This document shows positions 1-9,442 of a stretch of 64,000 nt of DNA, piece by piece. A model generated the notes under the pieces. That model did no database searches. It was not told where the DNA came from and worked only from the letters and a program-made list of their open reading frames with translations. Source of the DNA: Candidatus Binatia bacterium (lineage in GTDB: Bacteria; Desulfobacterota; Binatia; HRBIN30); assembly GCA_038245295.1 (NCBI GenBank), contig JBBRSP010000003.1, positions 288,001-352,000 of the forward strand, written 5' to 3'. Position 1 is the stretch's first letter. Every line of letters starts with the position of its first letter. The translations under genes and the position numbers were made by a program.

Positions 1-629
1 CGAAAGTACGCCATGCCCGAGCGTAAGGTGCGCCAGTAGTCGGCGAGCGATTGACCACCGGCGGCTGCCTTGGGCTCGACGAGCGACAGGGCGATACCGA
101 CGACAAACAGGCTAGGTATTGTCTGCATCATCATTGTGGCGCGCACGCCAAGGCTCGCGGCGATGAAACCGCCGGCGGTGGCGCCGTAGATGATGCCGGC
201 CAGCTTCCATGACTCGAGCTGGCCGAAGATACGCTTCGACTCCGCCGTCCGCCCGAGAATCTCCAGCGTGTCGTAGACCAATGCGTCGTCGGCACCCGAC
301 ATGAGGGTCATCGACGTCGCGACGAAGACCTCGCCGATGAGGAAGATGCGAAAATCGGCGACGCTTGTGTAGACAAGCCAGCCGACGGCGCCGACGAGTC
401 CGCCGAGCGCCAGTGAGAATTTGCGGCCGACGACATCCGCAACCGTCCCCGTCGGTACCTCCAGCAGGAAATTCCAAAACATGAACCAGGCGTTCAACGT
501 GAAAATCTGGGTGAAGCTGATGCCGCCCCAATCCCGGAAAAACGGGATCAGCACCGATGCCATGAAGTGCGTCCAGTATAACAACCGGATGGCCTTCATC
601 TTCGCGATATTGTGCTCGAGCTGCGACAT
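1..629 (-). CDS. MFS transporter (partial, runs off the left edge)
   Basis: Read manually, not in the ORF track. ATG at 629 gives MSQLEHNIAKMKAIRLLYWTHF...LLEVPTGTVADVVGRKFSL (MFS motif A)...SGADDALVYD, with no stop before position 1. Confidence 0.85.
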   Translation of the reverse strand, partial: MSQLEHNIAKMKAIRLLYWTHFMASVLIPFFRDWGGISFTQIFTLNAWFMFWNFLLEVPTGTVADVVGRKFSLALGGLVGAVGWLVYTSVADFRIFLIGEVFVATSMTLMSGADDALVYDTLEILGRTAESKRIFGQLESWKLAGIIYGATAGGFIAASLGVRATMMMQTIPSLFVVGIALSLVEPKAAAGGQSLADYWRTLRSGMAYF

Positions 630-860
630 CACGTGTGGCTAGCGCGAACGCGGCAAGGGCAGCAAGGCGAGTCGTTTGCACAGAGGTGGACTTGCGTGTC
701 TGTGCCCGTGCCCGGTCGTGGTGATCTTGCGCAGCGGGCGCAAGGGCAGGGGCAAGGCAATGAGGCAACTCTCCTCCTTCCCGAGCCATTCCGCCGGCGA
801 CCCGGTGGTTCCCCTGATGATGCATCAATGGTAACCGGGGGCCTCGCTTTGGAGGTTCGC

Positions 861-2555
861 ATGCATGATCTGATCGTTCGTAACGGCACGGTCGTCGACG
901 GTACCGGGCGTGAGCGCTTTGAAGGCGACGTTGCGGTGGATGGCGGCAAGATCAGCGCGGTCGGGAAAGTGAGCGGCCGTGGTCGGTGCGAGATCGACGC
1001 GCGCGGCCTGCTGGTAGCTCCCGGTTGGGTCGACATTCATACCCACTACGATGGACAGGTGACGTGGGATCCGATTCTCGCTCCCTCGAGCTGGCAAGGT
1101 GTAACGACTTTGGTGATGGGCAACTGTGGGGTCGGTTTCGCCCCCGTACGACGCGGCTCCGAAGCCTTCTTGATCGAGTTGATGGAGGGCGTTGAGGATA
1201 TCCCGGGCACAGCGCTGCACGAAGGGATCGACTGGCGCTGGGAGAGCTTTCCGGAGTACCTCGATGCGCTCGAGCGGATGCCCCGTGTGCTCGACGTCGC
1301 GGCTCAGGTGCCGCATTGTTCGATTCGCGCGTTTGTTCTGGGCGAACGAGCCCATGATGTGAATGTGAGCTCGGACGAGATCGGAGCGATGTCGCGCCTG
1401 ACGCTGGAAGCAATGCGGGCGGGGGCGGTGGGTTTCTCGACGTCGCGGACGATCCTGCATCGCTCACGTCACGGCCTCGTGCCCGGTACGCATTCCACCC
1501 CGGAGGAGTTGGTCGGGATCGGCAGGGCACTTGGCACGGCCGGCCACGGAGTCTTCGAGATGGTCTCGGATCTTCAGGGCCAAGAGCCGGATCTTTCGTG
1601 GATGAAGGAGTTTTGCCGCTCGACCGGACGCGCCATCACGTTCGCTCTAGCACAATCGCCGCTTCAGCCGACCGCATGGCGATCGACGCTGGACCGCGTG
1701 CACGAGTTGTCGCGCGACGGACTGAACATTGTGCCGCAGGTGCCCTGTCGTCCGACCGGCATGCTGTTTGGGCTGCAGAGCTCGTTCCATTCCTTCCTGC
1801 TGCATCCTACCTATCGCGATGAGCTGGCCCCGTTGCCCTTGGCGGAACGCGTCGTTCGGATGCGCGATCCACAGGTGCGGGCGCGTATCCTTTCCGAGGA
1901 GCCCGACACGACCAATCCGATCGCCCGCGTGCTGATGAGTAACTGGACACGCATCTTTCCCTTAGGCGATCCGCCGGGCTACGAGCCGACCGAGGAGGCA
2001 AGCGCCGCCAGCGTCGCCAGCCGCGTCGGCAAGCGTCCCGAAGAGGTTGTCTACGATTGGATGCTCGAGCGTGATGGCAAGCAGTTCCTGTTTGCGCCGC
2101 TCGCCAATTACGTCGACTGCAATTTCGACGCGTTGCGCGAGATGTTGTTGCATCCGAACACGGTGCAGGGCCTGTCGGACGGTGGGGCGCACTGCGGCCT
2201 GATCTGCGATGCCAGTATGCCAACCTACCTCCTATCGTACTGGGTGCGAGATCGTCGGCGCGGCGAGAGGATTCCACTCGAACACGCCGTGCGCCTGCAG
2301 ACCCACAACACGGCCAAGGTCTACGGCTTCGACGATCGCGGCACGCTCGAGGTCGGCAAGAAGGCGGACATCAACGTGATCGACTTCGACAAGCTGCACG
2401 TGCCGGCGCCCGAGATGGTATTCGATCTTCCGGCCGGAGGGCGACGCCTGGTGCAGCGCGCCGAGGGGTACCGAGCGACGATTGTCGCGGGCACCGTCAC
2501 GTTTGAAGATGGCACTCACACCGGCGCGTTACCGGGTGGGTTGGTGCGCGCGTAA
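861..2555 (+). CDS. N-acyl-D-amino-acid deacylase family amidohydrolase
   Basis: [36 protein letters not shown] and SDGGAH motifs; GGAGG RBS before ATG 861. Confidence 0.9.
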   Translation: MHDLIVRNGTVVDGTGRERFEGDVAVDGGKISAVGKVSGRGRCEIDARGLLVAPGWVDIHTHYDGQVTWDPILAPSSWQGVTTLVMGNCGVGFAPVRRGSEAFLIELMEGVEDIPGTALHEGIDWRWESFPEYLDALERMPRVLDVAAQVPHCSIRAFVLGERAHDVNVSSDEIGAMSRLTLEAMRAGAVGFSTSRTILHRSRHGLVPGTHSTPEELVGIGRALGTAGHGVFEMVSDLQGQEPDLSWMKEFCRSTGRAITFALAQSPLQPTAWRSTLDRVHELSRDGLNIVPQVPCRPTGMLFGLQSSFHSFLLHPTYRDELAPLPLAERVVRMRDPQVRARILSEEPDTTNPIARVLMSNWTRIFPLGDPPGYEPTEEASAASVASRVGKRPEEVVYDWMLERDGKQFLFAPLANYVDCNFDALREMLLHPNTVQGLSDGGAHCGLICDASMPTYLLSYWVRDRRRGERIPLEHAVRLQTHNTAKVYGFDDRGTLEVGKKADINVIDFDKLHVPAPEMVFDLPAGGRRLVQRAEGYRATIVAGTVTFEDGTHTGALPGGLVRA

Positions 2556-2561
2556 GCCGTC

Positions 2562-3017
2562 TCAGGTCGGTGTGCTGGCAGCCTTTGCTTGGACGGTGAA
2601 ACCGACCTCCTGGCCGAAGGAGATCTCGAGGTTGTGGCCGTCCGGATCGACGATGTAGGCCCAGTATCCGACCGGATAGCCATAATCCATCGGGCCGACG
2701 GTCATGGTGCCCTCCGTCTTGGCAAGCTCGCACAAACGATCGACCTCAGACCGACTTTCGACGCCGATACCGAGGTGCCCAAATAACCCGCCTAGACAAG
2801 CCCCGCCGAGGTCCGGCTGTTCGATGAGCACGACGACAAACGGCCGCGTGAGATCGCTGATCCAGGCCACTTGCGTACCGTTGGTAGCGTCGGCCCGCCG
2901 GTGCACGACCTGCATTCGGGCGTACTTGGCATAGAACGCCACGCTGGTGTCGAGGTGACGAACGGGGAGGGCGACGTGTGTCGCGCCGAGATCACGATGC
3001 GGATCCGTCTTCTCCAT
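2562..3017 (-). CDS. VOC/glyoxalase family protein
   Basis: THVALPV...FY, GHLGIGV and DPDGHNLE motifs. Confidence 0.85.
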   Translation of the reverse strand: MEKTDPHRDLGATHVALPVRHLDTSVAFYAKYARMQVVHRRADATNGTQVAWISDLTRPFVVVLIEQPDLGGACLGGLFGHLGIGVESRSEVDRLCELAKTEGTMTVGPMDYGYPVGYWAYIVDPDGHNLEISFGQEVGFTVQAKAASTPT

Positions 3018-3088
3018 CGATTTCTCCCCTCTGTAACAGCTTTGCCGGCGGACTCGCCCCGGTGCTTAGCCGGAGGAGTTGCCAGCCT

Positions 3089-3973
3089 TTACGCGTTCGC
3101 CGTCAACTCGCCGATGGCCGCGACGATCTGCGGGCGCAGTTCCTTCGGCATGTCGTGGCCCATTCCTTCAATGACGATCAACTTGGCGCCGGGAATGGCG
3201 GCCGCTGTTGCCTGACCGCCTTCGACGGGTACCAAGGGGTCATCCTTGCCATGGATGACCAAGGTTGGAACCTTGACGTTCTTGAGTGCTTCGGTCCGAT
3301 TTCCCGAGGCGAGGATGGCGACCAGTTGGCGTGCGACGCCGGTTGGATTGAACCCGCGGTCATAGGAGCGCGAGGCGACCGAGCGGACCTCGTCTTCGTC
3401 GAAGGGAAAGCCGGGACTGCCGATGGTGCGGAAAATGTTGACGCCACGTTCGATGCTGGCTTCGCGATCGGCGGGCAGCGGTGCCAGCAAGGCACCCGTC
3501 GCCTCGGCGCGAGGTTGCGGCAACGTCGGATCACCTGTCGTCGACATAATCGAGGTGAGGGTGCGAACGCGATGCGGATGGTCGATGGCAAATTGCTGCG
3601 CGATCATCCCGCCCATGGAAGCGCCGACGATGTGGGCCGACTCGATGCCGATTGCGTCGAGGAGGCCGGCGGCGTCGGCGGCCATGTCCTTTAGTAAATA
3701 CGGCGCCTCATCAACCGGTTGGCCGGTGAGTGCCTTCATCATAACCGACATTACATCGGGCAATCCGAGATGTTCGAAGGAGGTGGACTGACCGACGTCG
3801 CGATTATCGAAGCGCACAACTCGGTGGCCCTGCTGCGCGAACATTTCGCACATTTCTTCGCGCCACATGATCATCTGACCACCGAGGCCCATGATCAGCA
3901 GCAGGGGGCGGCCGTTTGGATCACCGAATTCATCGTAGGTTATTTCGATACCGTTGGCTTTGACTGTAGGCAT
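3089..3973 (-). CDS. alpha/beta hydrolase
   Basis: RFDNRDVG, GASMGG nucleophile elbow, HGKDDPLVP and GMGH; start trimmed to MPTVKANG. Confidence 0.9.
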   Translation of the reverse strand: MPTVKANGIEITYDEFGDPNGRPLLLIMGLGGQMIMWREEMCEMFAQQGHRVVRFDNRDVGQSTSFEHLGLPDVMSVMMKALTGQPVDEAPYLLKDMAADAAGLLDAIGIESAHIVGASMGGMIAQQFAIDHPHRVRTLTSIMSTTGDPTLPQPRAEATGALLAPLPADREASIERGVNIFRTIGSPGFPFDEDEVRSVASRSYDRGFNPTGVARQLVAILASGNRTEALKNVKVPTLVIHGKDDPLVPVEGGQATAAAIPGAKLIVIEGMGHDMPKELRPQIVAAIGELTANA

Positions 3974-4062
3974 GCCCACCGAATAACAAGCTGGTATCGG
4001 TCGACTCAAGGTGGGGGTCGCAGTTCTTAGCGCGATGGTGCCGGGCGGTTTTGGCGCCGGAC

Positions 4063-4119
4063 AAATATAAAAGCACCACACGACATCCCGGGGTGCGAGG
4101 CCAGGATGTCGTGCGGTGC
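4063..4119 (-). terminator. Rho-independent terminator
   Basis: GCACCACACGACATCC / GGATGTCGTGCGGTGC stem followed by TTTTATATTT on the minus strand, just downstream of the 4145 stop. Confidence 0.7.
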
Positions 4120-4144
4120 GCGTGCGGTTGCGGCGGAGGAAGGG

Positions 4145-4684
4145 CTAGCTGGCCGCACGCATGTCGCGCGGAACGGAGGCTTCGCTGGTAACCTTGATGT
4201 CTTCGGCGCCTGCCTTCTCGAAGATCTTCTTGGCGTTTGCCGATTCTGTGGAGTCCTCGGTATGGACCGAGATCAGAATGTTACCGTCGCGAACCTTGCC
4301 TTCGTACCGCTTGGCTTCGAACTCTGGGATTCCCATCCCAACTAGAGCGCCGGTGAGGCCGCCGACCGCTGCACCAATAGCGGCGCCGCTGAGGGCGGCC
4401 ATGATCGGCCCAGCGGCAATGAGAGGACCAACGCCGGGGATAGCCAGGCTGCCGATCCCGACGAGCCACCCGAGTGTTCCGCCGAGAAGGCCACCGGCAC
4501 CGACGCCGGCCGCAGCACCTTCCGGCGCTTTGGTGTTCTGCTCGTGAGCGAAGTCACGTGTCCCCTGGTTGTCGGGGAACAGTGCCGAGATATCGTTGCT
4601 CGAGAAACCCGCGGCTTTGAGCTCGCCGACAATACGTTCGGCCTGTGCGTGGGTCTTGGCGATGCAGAAAACTGCTTTTGACAT
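4145..4684 (-). CDS. general-stress-type membrane protein (DUF3341/17M-like, glycine zipper)
   Basis: AERIVGELKAAGFSSNDIS, a Gly-rich hydrophobic core (LAIPGVGPLIAAGP) and MGIPEFEAKRYE. Confidence 0.75.
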   Translation of the reverse strand: MSKAVFCIAKTHAQAERIVGELKAAGFSSNDISALFPDNQGTRDFAHEQNTKAPEGAAAGVGAGGLLGGTLGWLVGIGSLAIPGVGPLIAAGPIMAALSGAAIGAAVGGLTGALVGMGIPEFEAKRYEGKVRDGNILISVHTEDSTESANAKKIFEKAGAEDIKVTSEASVPRDMRAAS

Positions 4685-4702
4685 GAGAGTGGTCCTTTCG
4701 GG

Positions 4703-5092
4703 TTATGGGGTTGTTTCGATTTCGAGTTGATTGTCGACGTGTTTCACGCCGCTGGTTTTGGTCGCCACACTGGCGATCTCGGCCTTTTCCGCGGCAGTTT
4801 TCACCGGCCCACGCAACGTGACGACCTGGTCGAGTGTGATGATCTTCACGTTGTGAGCGTTCATCGATAGCTTGTCGTTGGCGACCACGGCGGCACGGAT
4901 GGTCTGTGTGATGGTTCGATCGATCTCGCTGTTGCCCTGGTCGGTCGGCAACATCGAGCCACCTTTCGCATCACGCGCATTCCGAGCGCTGTTGTCGGCG
5001 TCAGGGTGTACCGCCTCCGCTAGCGTGTACTTCGGTGCGACGATCCCGAGCGATAGTGCGAGTAGTGCTGATGTTAGGAATGACGACTTCAT
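4703..5092 (-). CDS. BON domain (OsmY-like) exported protein
   Basis: Signal peptide; DRTITQTIRAAV...VTLRGPV...GVKHVDNQL; GGAGG RBS. Confidence 0.85.
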   Translation of the reverse strand: MKSSFLTSALLALSLGIVAPKYTLAEAVHPDADNSARNARDAKGGSMLPTDQGNSEIDRTITQTIRAAVVANDKLSMNAHNVKIITLDQVVTLRGPVKTAAEKAEIASVATKTSGVKHVDNQLEIETTP

Positions 5093-5135
5093 GGCTGAGA
5101 CCTCCAGGTGGGGCTGTTGGGGCTGCTTGGATCGA

Positions 5136-5243
5136 TCACGTACAACCGCGCAGCAGAAAGAGCGCAAGCAGCAAGGGGACCGGAATCCCGATGAGCCAGA
5201 GAAGGATCCATCCGGCTTCGCCTTTTTGGTTGAGTGACTTCAT
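5136..5243 (-). CDS. 35-aa single-TM small protein
   Basis: MKSLNQKGEAGWILLWLIGIPVPLLLALFLLRGCT* with a GGAGGA RBS; first gene after a sigma54 motif; not in the ORF track. Confidence 0.75.
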   Translation of the reverse strand: MKSLNQKGEAGWILLWLIGIPVPLLLALFLLRGCT

Positions 5244-5270
5244 TGCTGTCCTCCATGTGCAAAGGAGAAC

Positions 5271-5286
5271 AGCAACTTCCTTGCCG
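5271..5286 (-). promoter_or_regulatory. sigma54 -24/-12 promoter
   Basis: CGGCAAGGAAGTTGCT (GG-N10-GC) upstream of the 5243 ATG. Confidence 0.6.
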
Positions 5287-5546
5287 CGGCGCGTGTGGAG
5301 CCGTTCGTTGCGCTGTGGGCGCCGTGTGTGGCCGACTCAGCCTGCTTCTACAAGAGATTGTGTAATTCGCGGCAGATCGCGCGGCCGGCCCGCTGCGAAG
5401 CCGTACACCTCACAGTCAGTTTGCAGCACCTTCTGGCTGTGGGTTGTTTTGTTGCACTCTTTGTAGGTCTTGCAGGAGAGAGCACATTACGACTCCGGCG
5501 CACGGCGAAATCCGGCCCGGCGCATCCCATTTGCTCTTGGCTACGC

Positions 5547-5563
5547 TTGGCACAGAATCGGCT
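5547..5563 (+). promoter_or_regulatory. sigma54 -24/-12 promoter
   Basis: TTGGCACAGAATCGGCT (GG-N10-GC); the GC lies 14 nt before ATG 5577. Confidence 0.5.
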
Positions 5564-5576
5564 CAACCTGAGAACA

Positions 5577-5972
5577 ATGGAACTCCCGCGCGAAACGATT
5601 CCAACCACCACCAATGGCGAACAATCCTTGGGCTCCGTATTCGAGCGACTCGTGACGGCCAGCCAAGGGACGATCACCAAACGCATCGACTTGGCCATCC
5701 TCGAGGGCCAGGAAGTTCTGACGCGCGGAGCCAAGGCTTCGTTCGTTGGTGCGTTGGCGGTTCTTTTGGCTTCCATGGCATGGGCGGCCCTGATCGCCGC
5801 CGTCGTCTTGGCTCTGACACCGGAGTCGACGCCGGCAGTCCATCTGGCGCTTTTTGGGGCCACCAATGCGGTGGCGGTCGTCCTACTCGCCGGGTTCGTG
5901 TTGACGCTTGTGCGTCCGCCTGTGCCTGCCGTTGGCAGCGGCACTGTCACCGGTAACAGCAGCAACAAATGA
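5577..5972 (+). CDS. YqjE-like (phage holin family) 2-TM membrane protein
   Basis: SLGSVFERLV...RIDLAILE followed by two TM helices. Confidence 0.7.
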   Translation: MELPRETIPTTTNGEQSLGSVFERLVTASQGTITKRIDLAILEGQEVLTRGAKASFVGALAVLLASMAWAALIAAVVLALTPESTPAVHLALFGATNAVAVVLLAGFVLTLVRPPVPAVGSGTVTGNSSNK

Positions 5973-5996
5973 ATGAGGTCATAGGGAGGACGTTTC

Positions 5997-6209
5997 GTGG
6001 ACACGGCAGAATTTGTCGATCAGCGCGAGGCTCTGCTGGAGTCTATCCAGCGCGACGAGGCGGAGATGCGGGTGGCGGTTCACGAGCTGACAGACGTCGC
6101 TCGTCGAGAATTCGACATCAGCGAACGCATTCGCGCCTATCCACTCGCATGGCTCGCTGGTGGGTTTCTCTTGGGACTGTGGCTTGCCCAGCGCGGTCGC
6201 CGCAATTGA
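5997..6209 (+). CDS. small tail-anchored hypothetical protein (YqjK/DUF3618-like)
   Basis: GTG start with GGAGGA RBS; coiled coil, then YPLAWLAGGFLLGLWLA and a basic tail. Confidence 0.7.
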   Translation: MDTAEFVDQREALLESIQRDEAEMRVAVHELTDVARREFDISERIRAYPLAWLAGGFLLGLWLAQRGRRN

Positions 6210-6227
6210 TCCACGAAGGGAGATAGT

Positions 6228-6530
6228 ATGTCGTTCCGGCCATTTTCAGCCTCAGGCAATTCCGTTGACGCACTCCAACGAGGGGTGCTCGACGTCGAGG
6301 AAGGCCTGCGGTCGTTGGTAAAAAAGCAACCCGTGGTAGCCGTCGTTGGCGCTGCGGGCCTTGGTTATGTGCTGGGTGGGGGCTTGCGATCGCGACTGAC
6401 CGCCGTGTTGTTCGGTATGGGAGCGCGGCTGGCAGCCGCTGTTGTCGTTCGCGAGCTCAGCGCCGCGCTGATTCCTCCTACGACCTTAGGCAATCAACCT
6501 ACCGTTAGCTTGAAAGGAGATTCGAAATGA
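6228..6530 (+). CDS. hypothetical membrane protein (DUF883/ElaB-like segment)
   Basis: VKKQPVVAVVGAAGLGYVLGGG; RBS present; ATGA overlap with the next gene. Confidence 0.65.
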   Translation: MSFRPFSASGNSVDALQRGVLDVEEGLRSLVKKQPVVAVVGAAGLGYVLGGGLRSRLTAVLFGMGARLAAAVVVRELSAALIPPTTLGNQPTVSLKGDSK

Positions 6531-6808
6531 AGCTCGAAGATATTCTGCAGGCCTTGCCGTCGCGCGAAGACGTTGCGGCGGCGGTGGGACTCCAGACGCG
6601 TCCATCGACGAGCACCGAAGTGCTCGGTGCGTTCGGTGTTTTTGGTGCCGGCATCCTGCTTGGTGCCGGACTGGCGCTCATCTTCGCTCCGAAAGCCGGC
6701 AGCGAGATCCGTCATGACATTGCGGAAAGCGTGGGAACCTTGGGAGAACGTCTGCGTGCCTCAACGGCGGACCAGACGCAGGGCAGTAATACGGAACTGC
6801 ATGCGTGA
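6527..6808 (+). CDS. YtxH domain protein
   Basis: GILLGAGLALIFAPKAGSEIRHDI signature; AAAGGAG RBS. Confidence 0.8.
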   Translation: MKLEDILQALPSREDVAAAVGLQTRPSTSTEVLGAFGVFGAGILLGAGLALIFAPKAGSEIRHDIAESVGTLGERLRASTADQTQGSNTELHA

Positions 6809-6867
6809 CCAGATGTCTCGCCTCTCTAGCGGCGCCGCCTCGCGCGGCGTGTTAGAGAGGCGCGTCC

Positions 6868-8034
6868 ATGACTGATCCCGACGTTCATCGGCTTACCATC
6901 GGGGAGCGCGAAATCGTCCTCGTGGGCACAGCCCACATTTCAAAAGAATCGGCTGATCTCGCGCGCCGAGTCATCGAAGAAGAACAACCAGACACGCTTT
7001 GCCTCGAGCTCGACACGGCCCGTTACGAGCAACTTTCACAGGGCGAGAAGTTTGAGCAGCTCGACGTCAAAGAAATCATACGGCGTCAGCAGCTAATGCC
7101 GCTGCTCTTGAATCTCGTCTTGGTGTCATACCAGCGCCAGCTCGGCGGCAAGCTCGGCGTCAGCCCGGGAACAGAGTTCATTGTCGCCGCGGATGCGGCG
7201 CACGAGTTGGGTATTCCGCTGTCCCTTTGCGATCGCGACATTCGAGTGACCCTGCGCCGCGCTTGGGGAGCGATCTCGTTCTGGAAAAAGTTCCTGTTGC
7301 TGAGTAGCGTCATGGGCGCGGCATTCGAAGATCAGGAAATCAGCGAGGCCGACCTGCAACACATGCGCGAACAGGATGTAGTGACGCGCTTGATTGAAGA
7401 GTTGGGAGCGGCGTTTCCAGGCCTGGCCCAAGTCTTGATCTATGAGCGCGATACCTACCTGGCCGAGAAGATCCGTCGCAGCGACGGGCGGCGGATCGTT
7501 GCCGTCATCGGTGCCGGCCATGTCAGTGGGGTGAGGCGCATCCTCGAGTCGCAGGTGGGCGCGGACTTGACGCCGATGGAGACGATTCCGCCGGGTTCAT
7601 GGATCTGGACGTTTCTTGGCTGGAGTATGCCGGCGATGATCCTGGGGGCGATGTTGTGGATCGGGTGGCAGCGTGGAGCGGCGGCGGCGGGAGGCCAGGC
7701 CATTTCGTGGATCTTGATCACCGGAGTCCCAAGCATGGTCGGAACCATCCTGGCGGCCGGTCATCCCTTGACGATCTTGTCGGCGCTTTTGGCGGCGCCA
7801 ATCACGACCCTGACACCACTGCTCGGGGTTGGGTACATCACCGCGTTTGTGGAGGCATACCTGCGTCCGCCGCGAGTTTACGAATTGCGCAGTGCCGCGC
7901 AGGATGTCGGTGTGTTTTCGAAATGGTGGTCCAATCGACTCTTGCGGCTGTTCCTGGTGTTCATCCTCAGCTCGATCGGCGGGAGCGCCGGCATGTTTGC
8001 CGGCAGCACCCGCCTGATCCGCGAATTGTTCTGA
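6868..8034 (+). CDS. TraB/PrgY/GumN family protein with C-terminal TM region
   Basis: LVGTAHIS, CLELD, ERDTYLA and AVIGAGH motifs. Confidence 0.88.
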   Translation: MTDPDVHRLTIGEREIVLVGTAHISKESADLARRVIEEEQPDTLCLELDTARYEQLSQGEKFEQLDVKEIIRRQQLMPLLLNLVLVSYQRQLGGKLGVSPGTEFIVAADAAHELGIPLSLCDRDIRVTLRRAWGAISFWKKFLLLSSVMGAAFEDQEISEADLQHMREQDVVTRLIEELGAAFPGLAQVLIYERDTYLAEKIRRSDGRRIVAVIGAGHVSGVRRILESQVGADLTPMETIPPGSWIWTFLGWSMPAMILGAMLWIGWQRGAAAAGGQAISWILITGVPSMVGTILAAGHPLTILSALLAAPITTLTPLLGVGYITAFVEAYLRPPRVYELRSAAQDVGVFSKWWSNRLLRLFLVFILSSIGGSAGMFAGSTRLIRELF

Positions 8035-8127
8035 CACATCTACTTGTTTGAGGCGGCGACGAACCGTCGCGCGGTGGGCACGCGGGGGGACCGAGCGCTG
8101 AGTGCCGCGACGACAGCCCGTGCCGCT

Positions 8128-8277
8128 TCAAACTTCGTCCCAAAAGAGCTCAGCAAACAGCTGAGGGTCGAGCCGTTCGTGAAGACAAATCTTTTCCCGC
8201 GTCGCCAGCCGTAAGGACTTTCCGGTTAGCTCACAGCGCGGACAGTGATGCGTGGTTTCTGGTGCTTGGGCCTGCAT
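8128..8277 (-). CDS. 49-aa small protein with CxxC
   Basis: MQAQAPETTHHCPRCELTGKSLRLATREKICLHERLDPQLFAELFWDEV* with a GAGGT RBS, 23 nt after the upstream stop; not in the ORF track. Confidence 0.55.
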   Translation of the reverse strand: MQAQAPETTHHCPRCELTGKSLRLATREKICLHERLDPQLFAELFWDEV

Positions 8278-8300
8278 GGGTTGAACCTCAGATGAAAGAC

Positions 8301-8510
8301 CTAGGCTGATTTCTGTGCTTGGGATGCATCGGCCCGCAGCTCACCATTGGCGAGGTTGAGCCGAATTCCCTCGGCAAGGTCGATGGTCGTGCTCATGCAA
8401 GGCGCGACGACTCGTCCAAGCCCAAAGGGGCGACAGTCCCAGGCGTGACGAATTGCCGAACCCGGCATCCGGACTCGAATTCGTTCCGCGTATCCCAAAC
8501 AACGATCCAT
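8301..8510 (-). CDS. 69-aa hypothetical protein
   Basis: MDRCLGYAERIRV...QKSA*; AAAGGAG RBS; near-consensus sigma54 motif upstream. Confidence 0.6.
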   Translation of the reverse strand: MDRCLGYAERIRVRMPGSAIRHAWDCRPFGLGRVVAPCMSTTIDLAEGIRLNLANGELRADASQAQKSA

Positions 8511-8569
8511 GACGCGTCTCCTTTCTGCAGTCTCGGCGGCTCGACGTCCGCCGTTCGTCATTGGTTACG

Positions 8570-8587
8570 ATGCAGACGTCGTGCCAA
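8570..8587 (-). promoter_or_regulatory. sigma54 -24/-12 promoter
   Basis: TTGGCACGACGTCTGCAT; a perfect TGACTCG-N6-CGAGTCA palindrome at 8670-8689 is a candidate activator site. Confidence 0.7.
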
Positions 8588-8719
8588 TTGCTGCATTCAA
8601 GGAGTGAATGCGCGGGAACAGGGGCGGGCGCCCCGAATTGTAGAGAGTTCTAAAGTCGTGTTGTCAGACTGACTCGTGCGACCGAGTCAAAGTGAATCAC
8701 TGTGTCGCAGCCAAGCGAA

Positions 8720-8773
8720 GAGGGAAGGGTGAAGAGGGAAGAGGGTGAAGGGTTTACCCTTCACCCTTCCCTC
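8720..8773. repeat. purine/pyrimidine short-repeat palindrome (terminator/REP-like)
   Basis: GAGGGAAGGGTGAAG (8720-8734) is the exact inverse of CTTCACCCTTCCCTC (8759-8773). Confidence 0.65.
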
Positions 8774-8777
8774 GTTG

Positions 8778-9392
8778 TCAGACGAGGCCGTGGATCTTGG
8801 CGAAGGGATCCCAACCTGAATCGCGGTGCCACTCGATCTCCGTGGCGATAGCCAGGCTGTTGGCGATATCGTGGCCGTAGAGGCGCTCGATCACCGCCAG
8901 GGTCATGTCGATACCGGCGGCAACGCCCGACGAAGTTACGTAACGCCCGGTGTCGACCCAGCGCGCTTCCTTTACCCACTCCACCGTCGGACTCTGAGAG
9001 GCGATCTCGTGGAAGAACATCTTGTTGGTCGTGGCGCGTAGGCCATCGAGCAAGCCGGCTCGCGCGAGTAGGGCGGCTCCGGAACAGACGCTCATGGTGA
9101 CGTCGGCCTGCGGACCACGCTGGCGCAGGAAGTCGATCATGGCTGGGTTGTCGACCTCGGTCCGGGTGCTCATTCCACCCGGGACCAAAACGAGATCGAG
9201 GGGCGGGCAGGATTGGAAATCATACTCGGTCGCGACACTCGGACCTTGGCCACTTTTGACGGCACCACCCGTCTCCCCGATCATCAGAACTTCGACGACG
9301 CCTGGCATGTTGCCGAACATCTCGAGCGGCCCGAACGTGTCGAGGAGCTCGAATCCTGGGAAGAGTACCGTTCCTAATCGACGCGGCTTCAT
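8778..9392 (-). CDS. DJ-1/PfpI family protein
   Basis: FELLDTFGPLE, VPGG, SVCSGA and TSSGVAAGID motifs. Confidence 0.9.
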   Translation of the reverse strand: MKPRRLGTVLFPGFELLDTFGPLEMFGNMPGVVEVLMIGETGGAVKSGQGPSVATEYDFQSCPPLDLVLVPGGMSTRTEVDNPAMIDFLRQRGPQADVTMSVCSGAALLARAGLLDGLRATTNKMFFHEIASQSPTVEWVKEARWVDTGRYVTSSGVAAGIDMTLAVIERLYGHDIANSLAIATEIEWHRDSGWDPFAKIHGLV

Positions 9393-9442
9393 CGTGATTC
9401 TCCTGTCTAGTTTGCGAGTGAAGTGGGGGCCTTAATCCGTCT

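Noticed and set aside
112..828. 238-aa minus-strand ORF in the track
   Set aside because: Wrong frame; the MFS transporter starting at 629 in another minus frame explains the region.
5577..8034. Holin-family and TraB-family genes as signs of a prophage or conjugative element
   Set aside because: Both are chromosomal families with misleading names; no phage or T4SS genes nearby.
8319..8672. 117-aa plus-strand ORF
   Set aside because: No RBS, and it overlaps the better-supported minus-strand small genes and their promoter.
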